From Vicinamibacteria bacterium (lineage in GTDB: Bacteria; Acidobacteriota; Vicinamibacteria; Marinacidobacterales; Marinacidobacteraceae), in assembly GCA_963422395.1 (NCBI GenBank), contig OY729431.1, positions 1,472,001 to 1,536,000 of the forward strand: a DNA stretch of 64,000 nucleotides. The letters run 5' to 3'. Positions within the stretch are counted from its first letter, which is position 1. Each line of letters opens with the position of its first letter. The translations under genes were made by a program, and so were the position numbers. The notes beneath the pieces were generated by a model. It saw only the letters and a list, made by a program, of their open reading frames with translations, did no database searches and was not told the DNA's origin. Of the stretch, positions 57,464-64,000 are shown piece after piece.

Positions 57464-59551
57464 TCAGGGTCCAGTATAAGAACGCGCTCCGGATTCCCGA
57501 CGGTTCGCGGCCCACGCCTCAGCGGCGAGCAGCAGGCCGAATCCGGCGAGCAGCAGTCGCCAGGCCGGGAATCCTGCCGGCGGAATTCCAGCCGCAGCAG
57601 ATTCCTCGTTCGCCGGCACCGGGGGAGCGGCGGCGCCGATCCGCACTTCGTCTGCATCGAGAACCCGCAGATCCGATTCGCTCGGCGGCGGATTCACGGC
57701 GATCTCCCGAAACTCCGCAGAGCCCGGGCGGCGGGCGCGGAAGAACCCCGCCTGTTCCAGACGGAGCGCGGACGCCCCTCGAAGCACCGACCTCGCTCCC
57801 GAGGGGGATTCGAGCAGGAGCTCTCCCGGCTCCCCAGGGGACGGACCCCTCCCGTCGGAGGGCGCGAGGCGAAATGCCGCCGCCGGGTCCACGCTGTCTC
57901 CGACCCGGAAAGCGAGCGGGACCTCCCGATAGTCGGCGGCTACTTCGATGAGCCGGTGGAGGAAAGGCACGAAGGCCGGTCGACGGGGTAGATCGTTCCA
58001 CTCACCGCCGAACGACGAAGCGAAGACGAAAGCACGGCCCGCCCCCCGCGGGGCCGCGAGGATCGCCGGCCTTCCGTCGTCGAAGTAGGCCAGGATCTCG
58101 ACTCCGGGCCGTCCCGCCGGGAGTGCCCGATAGCGGAAGAACGCCGTGTCGGCGAGCGGCAGAGCGCCTTCCCCGACGAACGGCTCGAAGATCGGGTGCC
58201 GAATCGAGAGGTCCGCGAGGCGGCCCGCGGGCTCCCGATCCACGAACCCGGCGGACGCTGCGGGCAGCAGGTCCGGGAACGCGGACGCCGCCGCGCCGGT
58301 GCCGCGCCGGGGCCCCATCGCCATCACGAGCCCCCCGCCCTCGCTGACGAATTGCGAGAGTGCGCGGGCGGCGCCGGCGTCGAGGGCACCGGGATCCCGC
58401 ACCAGCGCCACTTGGGTTCCCCGCAGTGCCTGCCGGAGGGCCGCTTCGCCGCGCGCCGGCGCCTGCTCTAGCAAGAACGCCGGCTCGACGCTGACCGCGA
58501 GGGCTTCGCGCACATACACGAACTGCGGACCGCCGAAGTCGACGAGCCGGATCGCGGTTTCGGGGTGGATCACGAACCGGAAACCGTCGTCGCCGGAGAG
58601 CGCGTCGGCTTCGAGACGGACTTCGGCGGCGAGCGGTTCGCTCGGGCGGAGAACGGGAGCGAACTGCACCGTGATCGCACGGTCGCCGATCAGCTCCACG
58701 GAACGCCGTTCGGCAACCCGCCCGGAGAGCAGCAACTGCATGGTCGCGGTGCGCTCCGGAACCGCGGGAGAGGGAGCGAACCGGACTTCGGCGGTCACCG
58801 CGATCTCTTCCCGCCCGACCGCCGTCAGCCGGACCTCGAGAATCGAGGCGTTCGGCGGCGGGGCGCTGCCGATCCGGCGCACCCGCAGGCCGACGCCGGC
58901 GGGGAGACTCGATTCGGGGCGGCCCGCCTCGAAGCCGCTGCGCTGGAGGTCCGAGAAGAGCACCGCCTCCCGGCGGCGTCCGGGAGTTTCGGGAAGGAGC
59001 CGCCCGGAGAGCCCGAGCGCGGAGGGGAACCGGGTGCCTCCCTCCCCGGCAGCGAGCTCGGAGAGTGCCTGCCGCAGGGTAGCGAGGTCGCCGGTGAGTT
59101 CGGTGAGCGCTTCGGCCCGATCGGCGAAAGCCACGATCACCGCCCGATCATCCCGCCCCAGCTGGTCCAGCTCCTCTCCGGCGGTGCGGAGAGCTTCCTC
59201 CATCCGCCCCTCGACCCCCATGCTCAGCGAGCGGTCCACGAGCACCGCCAGGTCGAGGGGCGCCGCCGCGAAGGCTCCGGCACCCTCCGCCTCGATCCGG
59301 GGCTGCGCGAACGCCGAGGCGAGCAGGAGGATCGCCAGGCAGCGGAGAATGAGCAACGGGATGTTTCGAAAGCGCCGGCGCTTCCAACGCGCCGCGGCAC
59401 TCGTCGCCCCGAGCAACAGGAAAGATGGAAAGGCGATCGGCTCGCGGCGGCGGCGGGTCAGGTGGAGGACGACCGGCAGCGCGGCGAGCAATCCGCCGAG
59501 CAGGAAGAGGGGAGCGAGGAAACCCACGAAGCGGCCGATGCCCGGAATCAA
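57464..59551 (-). CDS. BatA N-terminal + vWA domain membrane protein
   Basis: LPVVLHL...FPS...LLILR.LA..LL..AFAQP (BatA), DRSLSM MIDAS, FSDLQ, ESDL, C-terminal TM. Confidence 0.88.
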   Translation of the reverse strand: MIPGIGRFVGFLAPLFLLGGLLAALPVVLHLTRRRREPIAFPSFLLLGATSAAARWKRRRFRNIPLLILRCLAILLLASAFAQPRIEAEGAGAFAAAPLDLAVLVDRSLSMGVEGRMEEALRTAGEELDQLGRDDRAVIVAFADRAEALTELTGDLATLRQALSELAAGEGGTRFPSALGLSGRLLPETPGRRREAVLFSDLQRSGFEAGRPESSLPAGVGLRVRRIGSAPPPNASILEVRLTAVGREEIAVTAEVRFAPSPAVPERTATMQLLLSGRVAERRSVELIGDRAITVQFAPVLRPSEPLAAEVRLEADALSGDDGFRFVIHPETAIRLVDFGGPQFVYVREALAVSVEPAFLLEQAPARGEAALRQALRGTQVALVRDPGALDAGAARALSQFVSEGGGLVMAMGPRRGTGAAASAFPDLLPAASAGFVDREPAGRLADLSIRHPIFEPFVGEGALPLADTAFFRYRALPAGRPGVEILAYFDDGRPAILAAPRGAGRAFVFASSFGGEWNDLPRRPAFVPFLHRLIEVAADYREVPLAFRVGDSVDPAAAFRLAPSDGRGPSPGEPGELLLESPSGARSVLRGASALRLEQAGFFRARRPGSAEFREIAVNPPPSESDLRVLDADEVRIGAAAPPVPANEESAAAGIPPAGFPAWRLLLAGFGLLLAAEAWAANRRESGARSYTGP

Positions 59552-60483
59552 CGCCTCCGGCGGCGTCGTTCCCGCTCGCTGAGGTAGCGGAAGAGAGCGA
59601 AATCGAGCGGGGCGGCGGTATCGATCGGGATGTAGTCCACTCCGAGCCGACCGAATCCCGCGGCGAGCGCGCCGAGGTGCTCGTCCATGGCGTTTCGATA
59701 GGCATCCCGAATCCGCGCCGGCGAAAGATCGAGCAGAGCCCCGGTTTCGAGATCCCGGAAACGGCTTCCGGACTCTTCGAATCCCCGGGTCCCGTCGAGC
59801 CCGAGATCGCGTTCCGCCGGATCGAGGACCTGGAAGGCCATGATGTCGTGGCCGGCGGCGCGGAGGCTGCCGAAGGCGTCGAGCACCTGCTCGGGCGGTT
59901 CGTAGAAGTCGGAGATGACGGCGACCAGGCCCCGGCGGTCGAGCGCTGCTCCCAGCCTGGCGAGCGGTGCAGCGAGGCCATCGCCGGCCGGGCCGGGGGC
60001 TGCCGGAGGCTGCGCGCCCGCGAGGTGCTGCAGCACGGTGTCCAGTTGCTTCGCCGAAGGAGGGACGAACTCCCGAATGTCGGTGTCGAAGGTGGCGAGC
60101 CCCACTCGGTCGCGTTGACCGCGCGAAAAAGCCGCGAGGCATCCCGCGAGCAGGCGCGCGTAGTCCAGCTTGCGGATCCCGCGGCTGCCGAAATCCATGG
60201 AACGGGAGATGTCCACCGCAGCGACGAAGTTGGCGTTCGTGTCCGCCTCGAACTCCTTCACATGGAAACGGTCGGATCGGGCGAAGAGGCGCCAGTCCAG
60301 TCGGCGGATGTCGTCACCGGGCAGATAGGGGCGGTGTTCGGCGAAGTCCACCGAACGCCCGAAGGCCGTCGAACGGTGCAGCCCGCTGATGAATCCCTGG
60401 ACGACGGTACGCGCCACCAGGGAGAGGTTGGCGATCCGGGCGAGCGCCGCCGGATCGAGAAACCTGCTGGCCCGGGCCCGCAT
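59548..60483 (-). CDS. DUF58 domain protein
   Basis: GLHRS...G.SVDFAEHRPY.PGDD.R..DW, VKEFE, DISRSM, ISDF. Confidence 0.93.
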   Translation of the reverse strand: MRARASRFLDPAALARIANLSLVARTVVQGFISGLHRSTAFGRSVDFAEHRPYLPGDDIRRLDWRLFARSDRFHVKEFEADTNANFVAAVDISRSMDFGSRGIRKLDYARLLAGCLAAFSRGQRDRVGLATFDTDIREFVPPSAKQLDTVLQHLAGAQPPAAPGPAGDGLAAPLARLGAALDRRGLVAVISDFYEPPEQVLDAFGSLRAAGHDIMAFQVLDPAERDLGLDGTRGFEESGSRFRDLETGALLDLSPARIRDAYRNAMDEHLGALAAGFGRLGVDYIPIDTAAPLDFALFRYLSERERRRRRR

Positions 60484-61527
60484 CTACATCAGGGAGGCGG
60501 GGGCCGGGACTTCTTCGAGCAGCCTCCGGACGATGGCCTCGGAATCCACCTTCTCCGATTGCGCGTGGAAGTTGGGCTGGATGCGGTGCCTGAAGATCGC
60601 GGGGGCCAGCGCCCGTACATCCTCGAAGGCCACATGGTGGCGTCCGTGGATGAGCGCCCGCGCCTTCGAGGCCAGTACCGCGTACTGCGCAGCGCGGACG
60701 CTCGCGCCGTATTCGACCTGCTCGGTGATGAAAGCGGGAGCGCCCGCTTCCCCGGGCCGGCTGCTGCGGGCGAGATCCACCGCATACCGGAGCGCCGCTT
60801 CCGACACCGGCACCCGGCGCACCAGATGCTGGAACCGGAGCAATTCCTCTCCGGACAGGACATTCGCCAGTTCGGCGGTCTCGTCGGAGGTGGTGGCGCG
60901 GACGACCTCGTACTCCTCGGAGGCCGGCAGGTAGCCGATGACGATGTTGAAGAGGAACCGGTCGAGCTGAGCCTCGGGAAGTGGATAGGTCCCCTCCAGT
61001 TCGATCGGGTTCTGGGTCGCGAACACGAAATAGGGTTCGGGCAGGGGGTAGGTGCGGCCCTGGACGGTCACCTGGTGCTCCTGCATGGCCTCGAGAAGCG
61101 CGGACTGGGTCTTCGGCGGGGTACGGTTGATCTCGTCGGCGAGAACGATGTTCGCGAAGACGGGGCCCGGCACGAACACCAGATTCCGCTTTCCGGTCTC
61201 CGGGTTCTCCTGGATGATGTCGGTGCCGGTGATGTCCGACGGCATCAGGTCCGGGGTGAACTGGATCCGGTGGAAGCGGAGGGCCAGAACTTCGGAGAGC
61301 GTCTGGACGATGAGGGTCTTGGCGAGGCCTGGAACGCCGGTGATGATGCTGTTCCCACCCACGAAGAGGCTGACCAGAACCTCCTCGAGCGCCTGATCCT
61401 GGCCGATGATCCGCTTGCGGATTTCGGCGGTGATCCGTGCGGCGGCGTCCCGCAGCCGTTCGGCCAGCTCGCCGTCGGAAACTACCGCCGGCGAGGCGGC
61501 TGCTGCGGCCGGGGCGCCGCTTTCCAT
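60484..61527 (-). CDS. MoxR family AAA+ ATPase
   Basis: GVPGLAKT, RIQFTPDLMPSD, LADEINR.PPKTQSALLEAM, ATQNPIE.EGTYPLPEAQLDRF. Confidence 0.96.
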   Translation of the reverse strand: MESGAPAAAAASPAVVSDGELAERLRDAAARITAEIRKRIIGQDQALEEVLVSLFVGGNSIITGVPGLAKTLIVQTLSEVLALRFHRIQFTPDLMPSDITGTDIIQENPETGKRNLVFVPGPVFANIVLADEINRTPPKTQSALLEAMQEHQVTVQGRTYPLPEPYFVFATQNPIELEGTYPLPEAQLDRFLFNIVIGYLPASEEYEVVRATTSDETAELANVLSGEELLRFQHLVRRVPVSEAALRYAVDLARSSRPGEAGAPAFITEQVEYGASVRAAQYAVLASKARALIHGRHHVAFEDVRALAPAIFRHRIQPNFHAQSEKVDSEAIVRRLLEEVPAPASLM

Positions 61528-61589
61528 CGCGTCTTCGATCAAGGAAACCTCCTGGATTCCGGCGGGTCGGCCGGCGGTGGGACGGGCGG

Positions 61590-62447
61590 TCAGTGGGTCA
61601 TCCCGTAGATGACATAGTTGACCCCGAGCTTGAAAGCCTCGTTGGTGAGCGCCACCGGCCAGTAGCCGCTTCCCGACCACTCCCAGTAGTCGCCGATGTC
61701 GTGGTTGTAGTTGGCGATCACGATCAGGCGCTGGTCCGGGTCGTTGTTCTCGAAGAATCCGTAATAGACCGGTACCAGGTCGGGGCGGGCGGCGTGTTCG
61801 AAGTCCAGGGTCTCGATGTGGAAGAAGGAGTCGAAGACGGGATGGGAGACATCGAGCGGCACCGCATCGTAACCCGGCAGCACCCGCTCCATCGCCTCGA
61901 GGAAGTTCCCCAGTTGGAAGGGCTGGACGAAATCGTCCACCACCAGGAAGCCGCCCTTCAACAGCCAGGCGCGGAGGTTCTCCGCTTCCTGTTCGCTCGG
62001 ATTCCAGTACCCGACCTCGCAGAGATAGGCGAACGGGCGGCGGAACAGACCCGCCTCGTTGAGCGAATAGATGTCTCCGCCGCCCTCGTTGAGCGAGATC
62101 GAGGTGTATTCGGCCAGGATGCGGGTGAAGTTCTCCTCCCCCCAGGGATAGTCGTGGTTCCACTTGAGGTCGAGGCCCCAGTAGAAGCTGCCGCGGGAAT
62201 AGCGGGGCGGCTCGAAGCGGATCCGGGCGAAGGTGAAGCGGTCGTCGTAGGGGAAATTCTGGTAGTCGAGCGGAAGTTCGACCGCGGCCGGGTCGGGGCG
62301 GAAGGTCGCGGTGAGAGTGTCGGGCGCCGCGCTCTCGGGAGACGGCGAAATCGAGAGGCGGCTTCCGGCAGCGAAGAGCAGGCCGGCGAATCCGATCGAC
62401 AGCCCGGCCGCGGCGGCGGCTCGGCCGAATCGGGGCGAGATCACCAT
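61590..62447 (-). CDS. DUF4159 domain protein
   Basis: F.FARI.F, W.HDYP, LR.WL.KGGFL.VDDF, AFKLGVNYVIY.MTH. Confidence 0.85.
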   Translation of the reverse strand: MVISPRFGRAAAAAGLSIGFAGLLFAAGSRLSISPSPESAAPDTLTATFRPDPAAVELPLDYQNFPYDDRFTFARIRFEPPRYSRGSFYWGLDLKWNHDYPWGEENFTRILAEYTSISLNEGGGDIYSLNEAGLFRRPFAYLCEVGYWNPSEQEAENLRAWLLKGGFLVVDDFVQPFQLGNFLEAMERVLPGYDAVPLDVSHPVFDSFFHIETLDFEHAARPDLVPVYYGFFENNDPDQRLIVIANYNHDIGDYWEWSGSGYWPVALTNEAFKLGVNYVIYGMTH

Positions 62448-62448
62448 C

Positions 62449-64000
62449 TCACCCCTCCCGCCGCAATTCCAGCAGGAGCCGCAGCGCCTCCTCGAAGGTG
62501 GGGGCGATCTCCAGGGCTTCGAGCACCCGGCGGCGCGCCGACTGGCGGTCGCCGGCGCCGAAGTGGGCCTGGGCGAGGCCGAAGAGCGCCCCGGCGCGGT
62601 CCGGCGGATCGGTGGCCAGGACCGCGAGCCGCTCCCGAACTTCGATCCGGGGCCGCCCCGCGGCAGCGGCGAGCTCCGCAAGCCGTTCGTGGGGCTCGGC
62701 GAACATCGGATAGGCATGGATCGCCGAAACCAGAGCGTCGGCCGCCCCCGAGGGATCCTCGGCAGCGCTCTCGAGTTCGGCGAGTCGGAGCCAGGCATCG
62801 TACGCTGCGGGAACCCGGCGCAGATGCCGGGTCAGCGCGGAACGGGCCCGATCCATCTGTCCGGCCCGGGTGAAGATGCGGGCGAGAAACCCCTGCGGCC
62901 CGTCGGCACCGCCGTAGTCGGGCGCGATCTCGGCAGCGCGCTGGAGCCGCTCCTCGGCCTCCGCGTCCCGTTCGGCCCGGAAGAGTGCGATTCCGGCGAG
63001 GAGCTGGCGCACGAAATTCCGCGGCGCGGCGTCGGCCCGTTCCACCAGGAAGCCGGGGTCCGTTCCGCCCGCCGCGGGGGGATGGCCCGCTCCGGCGGCG
63101 GGGGCCCCCAGATCGCGGGCCGCCGCGCCGTAGCGGTCGCCGATCCCGGCGTCCACTGCGGCGTCGAGTTCCTCGGGAGCGAGGTCGAGAGTCTGCCGGA
63201 TCACTTCGGAACTGCCGAAGCCCCGGCGGAATCCTTCGAGCATCTCCAGGATCACGGAAAATCCGTATTCGGCCTCGATGTGTTCGAGCACCAGCGAGGC
63301 GTGGAAGTAGGACACCGCGACCTGCCCCGGCCAGCTCGGCCGGACGAAACCGTCGTTCAGCTCGGGAAGGTCCAGGAGCCGTCCGTCCCGCAGCGCCGCG
63401 TAGAACCCGAGCGGGGCGCCGTCGCCGAAACGCCGCCGTTCTTCGAGCAGACTCAGGCCTTCGGTGAACCAGCGCGGGACCCGGTTGTCGGTCATCCCCA
63501 GGGAGACCACGTGCGCCAGTTCGTGCCAGAGCGTCGATGCCCAGTGGTAGGTGCCAGCCTCCCGGGCCGAGGGCGATTCCAGAGCGATCACTTCGCCGAA
63601 ACAGACGCCGTGGGCGCCGATTCCGGGGATTCCCACCGTGCGAACCGAGAAATCTGCCGAACGGTCGTAGATTTCGATGCGGAGGCCCGCCTCCGGTACG
63701 AAGCCGTAGCGCTCGCCGAATCCGGTGAGTGCTTCCCGAGCCAACTCTTCGACATAGGGAGCGAGAAGCTCCGCTTCCGCCGCGGGAAGAACGATTTCGA
63801 AGGGAGGCGAAGACACCACTTCGTAACCGTCCAGTTCGTCGAGGAGATCCAGGGTGTTCTTCACCAGTGCATCGAACGGATCACGCGAGAACGCCTCCTC
63901 GAGCACCGTGCGCCCTTCCTCCATCCGGCCGAGGCGGAGCAGGTTCAGCCCGAGCAGCCGGCTCGCCGAGGCCGAGCCGGGTTCGAGACGAAGCGCGGCG
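62449..64000 (-). CDS. TPR-repeat protein with peptidase MA-like (HExxH) domain (5' end outside window)
   Basis: DFSVRT.G.PG, GVCFG, WHELAHV, VPRWFTEG, TPR helices. Confidence 0.85.
   Translation of the reverse strand, partial: AALRLEPGSASASRLLGLNLLRLGRMEEGRTVLEEAFSRDPFDALVKNTLDLLDELDGYEVVSSPPFEIVLPAAEAELLAPYVEELAREALTGFGERYGFVPEAGLRIEIYDRSADFSVRTVGIPGIGAHGVCFGEVIALESPSAREAGTYHWASTLWHELAHVVSLGMTDNRVPRWFTEGLSLLEERRRFGDGAPLGFYAALRDGRLLDLPELNDGFVRPSWPGQVAVSYFHASLVLEHIEAEYGFSVILEMLEGFRRGFGSSEVIRQTLDLAPEELDAAVDAGIGDRYGAAARDLGAPAAGAGHPPAAGGTDPGFLVERADAAPRNFVRQLLAGIALFRAERDAEAEERLQRAAEIAPDYGGADGPQGFLARIFTRAGQMDRARSALTRHLRRVPAAYDAWLRLAELESAAEDPSGAADALVSAIHAYPMFAEPHERLAELAAAAGRPRIEVRERLAVLATDPPDRAGALFGLAQAHFGAGDRQSARRRVLEALEIAPTFEEALRLLLELRREG

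Noticed and set aside
1-64000. tRNA, rRNA, prophage, integrase or transposase genes; intrinsic terminators
   Set aside because: None recognised by eye; GC hairpins lack U-tracts; tRNAscan/Infernal not run

Overview
High-GC bacterial window. Gene content suggests an Acidobacteriota-like, possibly host-associated organism (inference from five PQQ/BamB-like beta-propellers, a MoxR-DUF58-BatA-DUF4175-DUF4159 operon, spondin lipoproteins and a DUF1640-like protein). About 45 credible CDSs; no rRNA, tRNA or CRISPR array recognised. Most long track ORFs are antisense or GC shadow frames, and many starts were re-called by hand. Main highlights: (1) an RRE/PqqD-like + HPr-kinase-like gene split by a frameshift at a perfect (TC)13 tract, heading a translationally coupled operon with a nucleotidyltransferase and two beta-propellers (candidate phase-variable switch); (2) a coupled three-gene cassette, HEPN-like + KGGVGR-variant ParA ATPase + P-loop ATPase, near a Type IIG R-M gene (candidate uncharacterised defence system); (3) a fused CapRel-like toxSAS with a C-terminal YxxY motif; (4) a GT4 + EhpF/LuxE-like ligase + ALDH-fold reductase + ABC exporter operon without phenazine or lux core genes; (5) two inverted ~194-bp MITE-like elements bracketing a 3.9-kb segment; (6) apparent CTG starts and leaderless genes. 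All family calls come from motif recognition by eye; no searches were run.
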